Assembly (NCBI GenBank): GCA_050633245.1
Contig: JBOEGD010000020.1
Span: 77,438 to 141,437, forward strand
DNA length: 64,000 nt
Origin: Calditrichia bacterium
GTDB lineage: Bacteria > Calditrichota > Calditrichia > RBG-13-44-9 > J075
Direction: 5' to 3'
In this document: positions 29,201 to 39,069 of the stretch, piece after piece
Layout of the letters: each line of letters starts with the position of its first letter
Numbering within the stretch: position 1 is the stretch's first letter
Notes under the pieces: model-generated
What the model saw: only the letters and a program-made list of their open reading frames with translations
What the model was told of the DNA's origin: nothing
Database searches by the model: none
Made by a program: the position numbers and the translations under genes

Positions 29201-29356
29201 GAGTATAGATCGCGTAAGCGTACTCGAAAGCCCCTCTCTGTTTGCGAGTAGTTTGAAGTCGCGACTCTGGGTACGTGCCTCTTGAGTGAGCAGGATGCAC
29301 AGAACTGTTAGCAGGACAATCCTGGTGGTAGGAATTCGTTTTTTTCGGGCATACAT
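26240..29356 (-). CDS. Sensor histidine kinase with Reg_prop propellers, Y_Y_Y and HisKA_3 domains
   Basis: Repeated DxxGxxWIGT blades, ATYRNLPAGDYEF, RIASDLHDDVG, EAVTNTAKHS, DNGIG; start uncertain. Confidence 0.93.
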   Translation of the reverse strand: MYARKKRIPTTRIVLLTVLCILLTQEARTQSRDFKLLANREGLSSTLTRSILQDRDGYIWIGTMSGLNRYDGYSVTVYKNIPGDSLSLSNNHVRRLYQSSDGTMWIGTGNGLNRLKIATNPQTGSQREVFERIRLGKNKSESTGEDDIWSIVEDKDGTIWVGTSTSIRFLTADKRDIHPDFGYFKPINPQWQDGKAIRISALTVDKHGNLWIGTIGKGFFCKPAGSDSLVVFQQDKSDPNSLSSNYVVMLKEDSQGILWIGTYRGGLNRYNPATKTFKHYKYSPNDPTTISGNKVYDIIEHKNGYWIATLGDGINFFNPQTETFTRYQNIATNPTSLADNLNRSLMIDRSENLWVLSNRGVNYLDLKPQKFNHVKLNPYDKNSISHNYVSSVFGDKNGDVWIGNNRGIDRWDKNGRFTFYEVKHNNPKSQDGYVNDIERTINDELFLSTFGGGLFQFDEKAQKFKRLQRKYREPDVQPDSRIQSMLGDSRGTLWLGLGNGLERRLPDGRFTHLLWDAEDAPKIETIVGHIAEDSFGYIWIGTIEGLYKLDRKNKNLHQFTHDPLKQSSISNNAINFIYESDNTLWIATSNGLSILDLAASENDAAFKNFYVRDGLPDNYISAIQKDSAGKIWIATDDGICCYNPKTQTFRNYNFNDGLQTVNFVQGSADKLESGELVFGSQNGLIRFNPEVVIDNPYPPHAVFTAFKRVGRTELTGLALNNTSEIRLAYDDRLISFEFAALDFTNSKVNHYAYKMVGYDEDWIENGNDRTATYRNLPAGDYEFLVKGSNNDGIWSTTPSSIRILVTPPYWETWWFRILGFLLLAGLLGMLYRYRVMKLLELERMRVRIASDLHDDVGATLTKISLYSDLIRSGTDPEERNQLLDLIGSKSRELVVTMSDIVWSIDARNDTMEDLLDRMRDYATSLFSATNIDYRFDVSDVPMQRKLPLNTRQNLYLIFKEAVTNTAKHSDASSVRISLSERAGKLLMAIHDNGIGVQENVRRSGHGMQNMKMRAKRIRGELEVESNSGLTITLRVNLI

Positions 29357-29630
29357 TTTCACCCTGAACCTCCGATGGCAGGTCAATGTTCATTTTGGGG
29401 AAAAGGCCAGATCGCCGACAGAAATAGATTGGGGAGTGCTGTGCCGACGAATTACCTTATAATCTAAAGCCTGTCATGAGAGTTGTCTAGTAATTTTATT
29501 GCTTTTTACTGAAATAGAAGCACTTTTGGTTTTTGAAAATCGTTTTCATTGCGTATTATTTTAGAACGATATGTTTAGTCATACTTACAGGCTGTATACT
29601 AACTCTTCTGGGAAGAAAAGTGAGATTGAT

Positions 29631-30341
29631 ATGCAACAGATTTTAGTTATTGAAGATGATCCGGATATTGGTCAGCTGGTAGAAATGCACCTAACTGAGT
29701 CGGGATATGAAGTGCATCGTGCATTGGATGGTCAGACCGGTTTGGAAAAAGCACTTGAGGGCAACTATTCGTTGATTATCCTCGATGTTATGTTACCACG
29801 CCTGGATGGTCTGGAGGTGTGTAAGCAGATTCGTGCAGAAAAGAAAAGTTTGCCAATTCTTATGCTTACCTCCCGCTCAGAGGAATTTGATAAAGTGCTT
29901 GGCCTGGAACTTGGTGCCGATGATTATGTTACCAAACCGTTCAGTCTGCGCGAGTTAATGGCTCGCGTAAAAGCCATGATTCGCCGAGTAAATGCGGTGA
30001 AGGAGGAAAGCACAGATGATGCCCCCTCCGAGCTGTCGTTTGACGGCTTAACCATAAATATGGAAAAACGGAAGGTGACCGTATCCGGCAAAGTGGTTGA
30101 GCTGACGGCTAAGGAGTTTGATTTGCTGGCCCTCTTTGCACAAAACCCGGGACGCGCCTACAGTCGTCAGGAACTTCTGGATATTGTGTGGGGTTATCAC
30201 TTCGATGGCTATGATCACACCGTGAACTCGCACATCAATAGACTACGTGGCAAGGTGGAGGAAGATGCTGCAGAGCCCCGCTATATTAAAACGGTCTGGG
30301 GTGTCGGCTATCGCTTTGTGGAGCCGGAAGAGCTGGATTAA
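29631..30341 (+). CDS. OmpR-family response regulator
   Basis: IEDD, LDVMLP, GADDYVTKPF, VNSHINRLR, TVWGVGY. Confidence 0.95.
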   Translation: MQQILVIEDDPDIGQLVEMHLTESGYEVHRALDGQTGLEKALEGNYSLIILDVMLPRLDGLEVCKQIRAEKKSLPILMLTSRSEEFDKVLGLELGADDYVTKPFSLRELMARVKAMIRRVNAVKEESTDDAPSELSFDGLTINMEKRKVTVSGKVVELTAKEFDLLALFAQNPGRAYSRQELLDIVWGYHFDGYDHTVNSHINRLRGKVEEDAAEPRYIKTVWGVGYRFVEPEELD

Positions 30342-30478
30342 AGGAGTAGAGAAGATGCTGAATAGAGGATTTTTAAAAAATTCAAAATTTTGCCTGTTTT
30401 CTCTAATAAAGACTGCTCCATTCTGACAATGCTCCAGTGTGTGAATAAAAATACTTTCCAAAATTTAGTTCTTTTTCG

Positions 30479-30509
30479 AAATGGAGCAGTTTTCAAAACT
30501 GCTCCATTT
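30479..30509. repeat. Dispersed palindrome TGGAGCAGTTTTCAAAACTGCTCCA, copy 1
   Basis: 25-nt core identical to 59620-59644. Confidence 0.9.
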
Positions 30510-30542
30510 ATCTAACAAAAAGCCGTGAAAGCAAGTTCTCCA

Positions 30543-31721
30543 ATGCGATACACTACCATTGTTCTTTTCCTGATAACCTCACTGGTAAATCTTTATGCTT
30601 TCCAACCAGACTCACTCTCAGAAAAGTCTGAAGTTTCGTTGCTGACAATTTCTCCGGGGAATGAACTCTACATGAGTTTTGGGCACAGTGCTGTGCGTAT
30701 TAAAGATCCGGCAAGTGGACTCGATAGAATTTACAATTACGGTACTTTTAGTTTTGATGAACCCGGCTTTTATTTAAAGTTCTGCCAGGGTAAACTGGAT
30801 TACATCCTTTCAGCCTATCCGTATAAATATGCATATATTTTATATACCCGCGAACAGCGAAAGATGGTTGAACAGACGTTCGCCCTCACCCTGGATATGC
30901 GTCAGGCAGTTTACGAGGCGCTCGAAACAAATCATTTACCGGAAAATCGTCGTTATCGCTATGACTTCTTCTTTGACAACTGTGCTACCCGAATTCTTGA
31001 TATCTTCGAGAAGGCCCTTGGGCCCAATTTTAAAATTTATGAGGCCGATGATCGAAACTTAACGTTTCGTAATTATATCGATCAATATCTTGTGCCATTT
31101 CACTGGTCCGATTTTGGAATCGATTTGGTGCTTGGCGCCAAGACGGATCATCAAGCATCTGCCCGCGAGGCAATGTTTTTGCCCGATTATCTTTATGAAG
31201 GGTTCGACAAAGCGACAATTGTTATCGACGAAAAAGAAATCCCTTTCGTTAGTAGCCGAAAAGTAATTATCGATTATCCGCCGGTTACGCCTGCCTCATA
31301 TCATATGCCATGGCTGGTAACGATTGCGATTTTGCTTATAGCAGGACTGGTGACGTTCCTGAATCGAACATCTGCAAGAATGAATTGGATTGCCGTTCTT
31401 TATGATAGCCTGCTTTTTGGCGTGATGGGAATTCTGGGAGTTGTAATCGCACTACTTTGGTTTGCAACAGATCATAAGGTGACTCCGGCAAACTATAATA
31501 TTTTATGGATCTGGCCAACACATCTTTTCATTCTCCCCTTTTTATTGCGAAAACAGCTGGCCGCATGGCTTGGTGGTTACCTGAAGGTCTATCTGGCTTT
31601 TCTTGCTATTGTTCTACTCGGCTGGTTTTTTATTCCACAACAGCTTCATCCTGCAATCATTCCGCTCGTTCTTGCACTTGGATTGCGTTCGTGGTCGCGC
31701 CTTTCTCCTGCGCTGCGCTAA
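30543..31721 (+). CDS. DUF4105 (Lnb-like) membrane protein
   Basis: FGHSAVR, YNYGTF, YRYDFFFDNCATR, MFLP; C-terminal TM segments. Confidence 0.88.
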   Translation: MRYTTIVLFLITSLVNLYAFQPDSLSEKSEVSLLTISPGNELYMSFGHSAVRIKDPASGLDRIYNYGTFSFDEPGFYLKFCQGKLDYILSAYPYKYAYILYTREQRKMVEQTFALTLDMRQAVYEALETNHLPENRRYRYDFFFDNCATRILDIFEKALGPNFKIYEADDRNLTFRNYIDQYLVPFHWSDFGIDLVLGAKTDHQASAREAMFLPDYLYEGFDKATIVIDEKEIPFVSSRKVIIDYPPVTPASYHMPWLVTIAILLIAGLVTFLNRTSARMNWIAVLYDSLLFGVMGILGVVIALLWFATDHKVTPANYNILWIWPTHLFILPFLLRKQLAAWLGGYLKVYLAFLAIVLLGWFFIPQQLHPAIIPLVLALGLRSWSRLSPALR

Positions 31722-31807
31722 CCCAAGCTACGATATTACCTTCTGCCATCGTTTGACGTCTCTTATCTCTCGTCTTTTGTCTGTCGTTTAATTTTTTTTC
31801 TTCTCCT

Positions 31808-31839
31808 TGTAAACCTTTTTCGAATACGACGTGTCTTAT
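31808..31839 (+). promoter_or_regulatory. Candidate ECF promoter TGTAAACC-N17-GTCTTAT
   Basis: Same motif and spacing at 41584-41615 (minus). Confidence 0.6.
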
Positions 31840-31926
31840 GATCGTAAGCAGTATTTAAAAACCAGTTCGGTTGTGTAGGGTACTGCCCACTTACCCAACG
31901 TTAACGTCAAAAAAGAGGAATGTGAG

Positions 31927-34560
31927 ATGAGAACACTACCGGTTCTTTTGGTATGTTTTTGCGTGATTGCAAGCGTCATGGGGCAGGAGGATATTAAGAA
32001 GACATATACCACCGGTCGCTTAATGAGTGAGGTCATTGAAGTGGACGGTATGGTGAAAGATGCAGCATGGGATGCCGTAGCCTGGGGAGGTGGCGATTTT
32101 GTTGTCAGACAACCCAATGAAGGCGAAGCCCCGACTGAGCAAACCTATTTCAAAATTTTGTACGATGACCAGAACCTTTACATTGCGGTTCGCTGTTTGG
32201 ATGCCGAGCCGGATAAGGTTGTTCGTCGTATGTCTCGTCGCGATGGTTTTGAAGGCGATTGGGTTGAGGTAAATATCGATAGCTACTACGATAAACAAAC
32301 GGCATTTTCCTTTACTATCAATGCGGCCGGTGTTCGCGGAGACGAGTTTATTTCCGAAAATGGTAACAACTGGGATTCCAGCTGGGACCCGATCTGGTTT
32401 GCAGAGTCGCAAATTGTAGATGATGGATGGACCACAGAAATGCGTATCCCGCTTAGCCAGCTTCGCTTTGGTGAAAAAGAAGAGCAGGTATGGGGAATGC
32501 AGTTTACCCGTCGCTATTTTCGTAAAAATGAGCGGTCGACCTGGCAGGAAATTCCACAGAACTCTCCGGGCTGGGTACATCTATTCGGAGAATTACACGG
32601 GATAAAAGGAATTAAACCGGGACGGCAGATTGAACTCTTGCCCTATACAGTAGGCAAAAATTTGCGACTTCCGGCTGACCCGAATAATCCATTTGTTACT
32701 GGTAACGACTATAAGCTAACCGCCGGGTTGGATGGAAAGATTGGCCTGACCAGCGATCTAACTCTCGACTTTACGATTAATCCGGACTTTGGACAGGTAG
32801 AAGCTGATCCATCTGAGGTGAATTTGACTGCCTTCGAATCATTCTTTAGTGAACGTCGACCATTCTTTGTCGCCGGGCGTAATATTCTCGATTACCGCGT
32901 TACCTCTGCAGCTTGGGGAGGAAGCTATTCTCGTGACAATCTATTTTACTCCAGACGTATTGGCCGTAGTCCACGCTTTTACCCTGATACCGACGATAAT
33001 GCTTTTGTCGATCAGCCCGTGAACGCATCTATTTTGGGGGCGTTGAAAGTTACCGGTAAAACCAAAAGTGGATGGTCAATAGGTATTTTGGAAAGCATGA
33101 CATCTGAGGAAAAGGCTGAAATTGACCTGGATGGTGTGCGCTCGAAAGAAGTTGTTGAGCCGCTTACAAATTATTTTGCCAGTCGCCTTGAAAAAGATAT
33201 GGATGATGGTAATCGCATCGTCGGCGCAATCTTTACCGCGACAAATCGCAAGATTGACGAAAGTGCGCTCAACTTTTTACATACAGCGGCTTACTCTGGT
33301 GGACTCAACTTTACTCAGAATTTCAGAGATCGAAAGTATTACTTTGATACCAACCTGATAATGAGCCGCGTCGAAGGTGACGAAGAAGCACTGTCTGAAA
33401 CACAGCAGTCATCCCGTCGCTATTTCCAGCGCTCGGATGCGACTCACCTGACGTTCGATTCTACGCGCACATCCCTCAGCGGACATGGTGGAACGCTTAA
33501 GTTTGGCCGTAGCGGTAACTTTCGTTTTCAATCCGGCGTCACCTGGCGCTCTCCAGGTTTAGAATTAAATGACCTCGGGTTTCAGCGCGCTGCTGATGAA
33601 ATAAACGAATGGACCTGGATCAGTTATGTCATTTCAAAGCCGTTCTCTATTTTTAACCGAATTCAATTCAATTCAAATACGAAGAGTACGTGGGATTTCA
33701 ATCGTAAAAACCTTGGGAACCTGGTGAATTATAATAGTAATCTCCAGTTTAAGAATCAGTGGAACATGGGGTATGGTATAACGCATGAGTTCGAAGGTTT
33801 TTCCAAGAGTGCCTTACGCGGTGGACCGCTGCTGCGAACAGTAACAGAGACTTCAGCCAACTTTTGGGTCAATACCGACCAGCGGAAGAAAGTTCGCCTT
33901 AATTTTGGTGGCTGGAACCTATGGGGAGGCGATGATAGTGCTCGCATGAAAGATTATTGGGCCTGGATATCGATACGGCCGAGTGAGGCGATGTCCTTAT
34001 CCGTAAACCCATCCTTCTTCCAGCGTGAGGACGAGTTGCAATACGTTTCCACATCTGAATTTGGTGCTGATGATCGCTATGTCTTTGCCCAAATAGATCA
34101 GAAGACGGTCAGTCTTACGCTACGGCTTAACTATAGCGTAACGCCTGAGTTGTCTATAGAATACTATGGTTCGCCGTTTATTTCTGCTGGAAAATACAGC
34201 GATTTTAAACAAGTTGTTAATCCAGCCGAACGCGAGTTCGATAAACGCTTCGTTATGTATGACGATCAGCAACTCGTCTACAATGAAGCAAATGAGGAGT
34301 ATGATATTGATGAAAACCGCGATGGTCAAGTGGACTATTCCATTGGCGATCCGGATTTCAACTTTCGCGCATTCAACTCGAACCTTGTGGTGCGATGGGA
34401 ATACATCGCGGGCTCTACATTGTTTCTGGTATGGTCGCAAGGCCGGGTCGATAATGGCCCCGATGGAAATTTCCGATTCCGAAATGACCTGGATGGACTC
34501 TTCAGCAAAACCGGCAATAATGTTTTTCTTATTAAGGCTAGCCGCTGGTTCTCTTTATAG
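31927..34560 (+). CDS. CBM9-like/DUF5916 outer-membrane protein
   Basis: VDGMVKDAAW, EMRIPLSQLRF, INPDFGQVEAD, FFSERRPFF, FYSRRIG. Confidence 0.88.
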   Translation: MRTLPVLLVCFCVIASVMGQEDIKKTYTTGRLMSEVIEVDGMVKDAAWDAVAWGGGDFVVRQPNEGEAPTEQTYFKILYDDQNLYIAVRCLDAEPDKVVRRMSRRDGFEGDWVEVNIDSYYDKQTAFSFTINAAGVRGDEFISENGNNWDSSWDPIWFAESQIVDDGWTTEMRIPLSQLRFGEKEEQVWGMQFTRRYFRKNERSTWQEIPQNSPGWVHLFGELHGIKGIKPGRQIELLPYTVGKNLRLPADPNNPFVTGNDYKLTAGLDGKIGLTSDLTLDFTINPDFGQVEADPSEVNLTAFESFFSERRPFFVAGRNILDYRVTSAAWGGSYSRDNLFYSRRIGRSPRFYPDTDDNAFVDQPVNASILGALKVTGKTKSGWSIGILESMTSEEKAEIDLDGVRSKEVVEPLTNYFASRLEKDMDDGNRIVGAIFTATNRKIDESALNFLHTAAYSGGLNFTQNFRDRKYYFDTNLIMSRVEGDEEALSETQQSSRRYFQRSDATHLTFDSTRTSLSGHGGTLKFGRSGNFRFQSGVTWRSPGLELNDLGFQRAADEINEWTWISYVISKPFSIFNRIQFNSNTKSTWDFNRKNLGNLVNYNSNLQFKNQWNMGYGITHEFEGFSKSALRGGPLLRTVTETSANFWVNTDQRKKVRLNFGGWNLWGGDDSARMKDYWAWISIRPSEAMSLSVNPSFFQREDELQYVSTSEFGADDRYVFAQIDQKTVSLTLRLNYSVTPELSIEYYGSPFISAGKYSDFKQVVNPAEREFDKRFVMYDDQQLVYNEANEEYDIDENRDGQVDYSIGDPDFNFRAFNSNLVVRWEYIAGSTLFLVWSQGRVDNGPDGNFRFRNDLDGLFSKTGNNVFLIKASRWFSL

Positions 34561-34591
34561 CATCATCATAGACTCGAGACCAGTGTATTTT

Positions 34592-34629
34592 GCCCTGTCG
34601 ACGCCACACCACGTCGATGGGGCTTTTTT
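34592..34629 (+). terminator. Intrinsic terminator
   Basis: GCCCTGTCGACG...CGTCGATGGGGC-TTTTTT. Confidence 0.7.
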
Positions 34630-34630
34630 A

Positions 34631-34693
<63 letters not shown>

Positions 34694-34786
34694 GTAAATG
34701 TTCATTTTAAAGCTATTATTTAAATTGTATATCTCTGATAAAAGTGAGACATTTTTCTGTCGTCTGTCACTCAAAAGGAGAAAAGC

Positions 34787-35473
34787 ATGTCTACCGGTAA
34801 ACCACTGCTCGGAATAAAAGCCTGCGTATTTGATGCCTATGGTACTTTATTCGATGTACATGCTGCAATTACTCCGTATCGAGCAGCTCTTGGAGAAAAA
34901 GCCGATGCTGTTTCGGCAACCTGGCGGCAAAAGCAGCTTGAATATACCTGGTTGCGCTCGCTGATGGGGACTCATGCAGACTTTTGGCAGGTAACTTCTG
35001 AGGCCCTTGAATTTGCATGCTCGAAGCATGGTATTTTAGATCAGCCGTTAAGGCAAAACTTACTCAACGCCTACCTGGCCTTGCCGTGTTATCCGGAAGT
35101 TGCTGCCACATTGAAGCAACTTCAACAATCGATACCATGCGCAATTCTTTCAAACGGATCTCCCAAAATGCTTTCCTCTGGCGTCAAGTCTGGTGGCATC
35201 ACCGATTACCTTAGCGATATTATTTCGGTAGAAGAAATCGGCATCTTCAAACCCCACCCATCAGTTTATCAGTTGGCAGTAGATCGACTTCGTGTCACGG
35301 CATCTGAAATATGTTTTCTCTCCTCAAACTCGTGGGACGTGGCCGGAGCAGCTTCGTTCGGATTTCAGGCTATCTGGATAAATCGATTTAGCCAACCATG
35401 GGAAAATCTTCCGCAGCAGCCACGAGCGGCGATAAAATCCCTCGATGAATTGCTGCCGTTGATCATAAAATAG
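34787..35473 (+). CDS. Haloacid dehalogenase type II
   Basis: FDAYGTLFD, WRQKQLEY, LSNG, FKPHP, SSNSWD. Confidence 0.95.
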   Translation: MSTGKPLLGIKACVFDAYGTLFDVHAAITPYRAALGEKADAVSATWRQKQLEYTWLRSLMGTHADFWQVTSEALEFACSKHGILDQPLRQNLLNAYLALPCYPEVAATLKQLQQSIPCAILSNGSPKMLSSGVKSGGITDYLSDIISVEEIGIFKPHPSVYQLAVDRLRVTASEICFLSSNSWDVAGAASFGFQAIWINRFSQPWENLPQQPRAAIKSLDELLPLIIK

Positions 35474-35618
35474 AATTTCCCAATTTTTTTTGCAATAAAT
35501 CCTACCCTTCCTTGTCTAAAATTCAAATGTCAGGCGAAAAACAATACAGTCTCAGATAAATTACAGACAGGTCTTTCAGGATCCTGCCTTATTTCAGTTC
35601 ACTTTTAGGAGACATGAG

Positions 35619-36518
35619 ATGCGTTTTAACAAATTAAACTTAATGTTGTTAGGTATCGTTTTGGCTTTCAATGCATGTAGCGAAACGCTTGAACCTCGTG
35701 ACGATGTCTTTGACTCTACACTTGAAAGCATTGCTACGATTGATGACGATTTAACACTGTTGAAGGATTCTGGTGAGTCGATTGACGATGCTGCAGCTGT
35801 TTTCTCACTCGGATGGAAGCAATTTATCGACTCCGAGAGCGAAGAAGCGACGGTTAGTGGTCACGCACATGCAGTTTATTTTGATGAAGAAAATGTGGTT
35901 GAGTTTCGCGGACGTACAATTTCAACAGGACAAGATATGGGCGAAATGAAACTGGTGTTTGATGGACAATCGCTAGACATCCCCAAGCGTGAAGCGCGTA
36001 GAGGTGGTGTCGTTTATAGCTTGTTTCGCCACCGTCGTGGTGATGGCGCAGGCAGCGAACTGCCGTTCGTTCCCGGTGCTACATACTCATTTCAAGTAAG
36101 CGGGGCAGGAGACTTCGAAGCAACATCGATCGATGCCGTGGCACCTGCCGGTTTAATGGAGATTACTTCGCACGAAACCGGGGAAGCGCTGGATTTGTCT
36201 GGTGATCTAAATATCAGCTGGACAGGTGGTACAGCCGAGTCGGTTATTGTTCGGGTTGTTGCCTTTAGCAGTCGACGTACCGGTGACCGTCCAATGCGTC
36301 ATCAGCGCCCTGAATCGGTTATGGCAGAGGTAACAACAAATAGTGGAAGCCATACGATAGCCGCTGCAGATTTGGCTTCGCTGGCGACAAACCTCGAAAG
36401 CGGTTCGGGCATTGCAATAATGATTTCTCAAATCAACAGCACAGACTTTACTCATAATACAGGAATTCTCCGAACATTGGTTCGCAACGGCGATCGCGTT
36501 CGCCTTGTGGTACAATAG
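35619..36518 (+). CDS. Hypothetical lipoprotein
   Basis: AGGAG RBS; lipobox FNAC. Confidence 0.85.
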   Translation: MRFNKLNLMLLGIVLAFNACSETLEPRDDVFDSTLESIATIDDDLTLLKDSGESIDDAAAVFSLGWKQFIDSESEEATVSGHAHAVYFDEENVVEFRGRTISTGQDMGEMKLVFDGQSLDIPKREARRGGVVYSLFRHRRGDGAGSELPFVPGATYSFQVSGAGDFEATSIDAVAPAGLMEITSHETGEALDLSGDLNISWTGGTAESVIVRVVAFSSRRTGDRPMRHQRPESVMAEVTTNSGSHTIAAADLASLATNLESGSGIAIMISQINSTDFTHNTGILRTLVRNGDRVRLVVQ

Positions 36519-36530
36519 GCCTCTTCCATG

Positions 36531-36585
36531 CTCTCACCGGCGGGATCATCCTCGCACGCAAACCGCCGGTGAGGGTTCTTTTTTT
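36531..36585 (+). terminator. Intrinsic terminator
   Basis: CTCTCACCGGCGG...CCGCCGGTGAGGG followed by T-run. Confidence 0.7.
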
Positions 36586-36801
36586 ACTCCCAAATAAAAA
36601 ATTCAAAAAAGCCTCTTTTTTTTCTAAGTAAGTATAACACCGGGCAGAAACCTTTGATTGTCTGCAATATAGTCGTTTTGCTTACTGGTATGCAGGGCAA
36701 CTGTATTTATGGATTTCGAGGAGATGACGGTGGTATTTTGTCGGGATTTTACTTACATTATTGGCAGTTAACATTTATATCCATAATTGGAGGCGAATAA
36801 A

Positions 36802-37251
36802 ATGGCTAAAGGCATTAATAAAGCAATCGTTCTTGGGCGACTCGGTTCCGACCCCGATGTGCGTCATACGCCCGGTGGTTCTACCGTGGCAAATTTCAGT
36901 GTTGCAACTAATCGCAGTTGGAAAAACAAAGATGGACAAATGGTTGATGAAACCGAATGGCATCGCATTGTAGTTTGGGGACGTCTGGCAGAGATTTGTA
37001 AAGAGTATCTTCGTAAAGGCAGTCAGGTTTATCTCGAAGGTCGCATTCAGACCCGTGACTGGGAAGATCAAAATGGGCAGAAACGCTATACGACCGAGAT
37101 TGTGGCAAACGAAATGCAAATGCTCGATTCTGCTGGTGGCTCCGGCGGTGGTGGCGGTATGCGCCAGGGTGGCGATAGTAGTCAGGGTGGCTCAAGTATT
37201 TCTCCTCCGGATAATTTTGATTCGTCAAATGCTGATGACGTGCCGTTTTAA
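36802..37251 (+). CDS. ssb: Single-stranded DNA-binding protein
   Basis: [26 protein letters not shown], Gly-rich tail ending DDVPF; GGAGG RBS. Confidence 0.98.
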   Translation: MAKGINKAIVLGRLGSDPDVRHTPGGSTVANFSVATNRSWKNKDGQMVDETEWHRIVVWGRLAEICKEYLRKGSQVYLEGRIQTRDWEDQNGQKRYTTEIVANEMQMLDSAGGSGGGGGMRQGGDSSQGGSSISPPDNFDSSNADDVPF

Positions 37252-37269
37252 TCCACATCACTCTTTCTT

Positions 37270-37310
37270 AAGGCTCTCTGTATATTTTACAGGGAGCTTT
37301 TTCCCTTTTT
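37270..37310 (+). terminator. Terminator after ssb
   Basis: AAGGCTCTCTGTA/TACAGGGAGCTTT stem with T-run. Confidence 0.65.
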
Positions 37311-37373
37311 GATCGTGTAATAGAAAATCAATTCGACTATGTAGTAAGTGATGATGAATCCTTCGGAGTATAT

Positions 37374-38018
37374 ATGGTAAAAAATATTGTAATTCTCAGC
37401 CTGCTTTTTAGCATGACCGCGCTTTTCGGACAGATTGTAGTTACGGAAGATGACGATATCAATCAGCCACTGGCCGTGCATAAAAACGAAGGTGGATTTA
37501 GCATCTCGCTTGCCTCAAATGGCATAGGTATTGGTGGCTTTTATCGTATTGCTATGCCAAACTTCTTTTATACCGGTGTCAATCTGGAATTCTTTGTTCT
37601 TCGCGACGATAAAGAAACCGATATTGCATTTAATACTGCCTTTGGACCGCAGGTCGCAAAATTCAATGACATCAATCGCTTTTTTACCGTTCCTTTAAAC
37701 GTTGAGTTGAAGAAGCGTATTTTTACCTCCAGTATCGAGAACAATTTCCGTCCACACCTGCTTGGGCAGACCGGTGTAGTCTTCGGTATGAACTTTCCGA
37801 ATACTGTTCTCGTAGAGGGGGTTGAAGTTCGCCCTGATAATCAGTACGAGATTAGCTATAACCTCGTTGGTGGAATCGGAGTGGATTTTGCAACGCGCGA
37901 AAACTATTTTGCTACGGTTCGCCTACAGTATCGCTATGTCTTGTTTAATCAGGAAATCGCCAGCAAAGAAAACCATTCTGCTATCGAGATTAAGTTTGAA
38001 ATTGGTGGTCTGCGCTAG
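37374..38018 (+). CDS. Secreted protein, probable small outer-membrane beta-barrel
   Basis: Signal peptide; alternating hydrophobic strands. Confidence 0.75.
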   Translation: MVKNIVILSLLFSMTALFGQIVVTEDDDINQPLAVHKNEGGFSISLASNGIGIGGFYRIAMPNFFYTGVNLEFFVLRDDKETDIAFNTAFGPQVAKFNDINRFFTVPLNVELKKRIFTSSIENNFRPHLLGQTGVVFGMNFPNTVLVEGVEVRPDNQYEISYNLVGGIGVDFATRENYFATVRLQYRYVLFNQEIASKENHSAIEIKFEIGGLR

Positions 38019-38204
38019 AGAGGTAATTTAAGATCCTCAGAGTGATTTGATATTTATTCCCAGCTTACTCTATGACAAAGCTGGGAATAGCTGCCCATCC
38101 CGCCCATTACTATTTTCCTCAGATTTCTGATAGTCCCTCAAAATTCAGATAAAAAATCATATTTTACAGCACCATTTTTCGTGCTTAAGCGACTTTGCCG
38201 GAAT

Positions 38205-38220
38205 TGGTAAGGTCTTTGCA
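38205..38220 (+). promoter_or_regulatory. Sigma-54 promoter candidate
   Basis: TGGTAAGGTCTTTGCA, GG-N10-GC, just upstream of the ATG at 38254. Confidence 0.55.
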
Positions 38221-38253
38221 TAGTAAGGTGATAACGAATTTTGAGGAAATTTT

Positions 38254-39009
38254 ATGAAATATATACTTTCATTACTTTTGATCGCAATTCTCTGTTCTTG
38301 TTCTACCGAACCCTCCTCGCAGAATGACCAGTCTATAGCGCTTCCGGCTATGCGCGAAGCAGATACTGTTACCTTGCCCGATAGTATGAAATCGATCTAT
38401 GAGAGCGAAGCACTTTTCCTCGCTATGCGTGAGCACCTCAATACGCCCGGTGATACAACAATCTTTCCGAACTCTGCTTCTGTTCAGCGCTACTATAATG
38501 CGTTAATCCACGTTTTTAATGAAACAGGAGCGGTTCGTGATTCTATTATTGAAGAATACTCGGTTCGTCTTCTTCCTGAGTTCCAGCCAGGTGATCTTCT
38601 GGTTGGTATTAATACGTCTGCAAATTGGACCTCGTCCTGGCGCAATGGTTCTCGACAAACCGGCAACAGTATAATTGATAATCTAATGGATCGCTACTCT
38701 TTCCAATTGGAAAGTTACTCGCAGGTGCTGAACTATGCTCATCTGCGTTCCCCGCTAACGCTTAATGTGGTGGCTGTTGGTCAAAAGTTCGAGCAGGTTA
38801 CCGGGGTTTTATATGCGGACCCCAATGGATTGATCGGCGATGGAAATAATATTACCGGGGAATCGGATAGGGAAGGGGTGCATTTAATCTACAGTGTAGG
38901 TTATGGTGATTGTCCGGCTGGCTGTACTGCCCGGCACTATTGGGATGTCTCGGTTGATTATAGTGGCAACGTTATGTTCCTGCGCAGCTATGGACAACCG
39001 GCACCTTAA
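38254..39009 (+). CDS. Hypothetical lipoprotein
   Basis: Lipobox LCSC; C-terminal GYGDCPAGC motif. Confidence 0.85.
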   Translation: MKYILSLLLIAILCSCSTEPSSQNDQSIALPAMREADTVTLPDSMKSIYESEALFLAMREHLNTPGDTTIFPNSASVQRYYNALIHVFNETGAVRDSIIEEYSVRLLPEFQPGDLLVGINTSANWTSSWRNGSRQTGNSIIDNLMDRYSFQLESYSQVLNYAHLRSPLTLNVVAVGQKFEQVTGVLYADPNGLIGDGNNITGESDREGVHLIYSVGYGDCPAGCTARHYWDVSVDYSGNVMFLRSYGQPAP

Positions 39010-39069
39010 ACAGGTTTGGTTAGCAGAACTTAGTAAAGTTGACTTATTGGTAATAGCGAGGAGAGAAAA

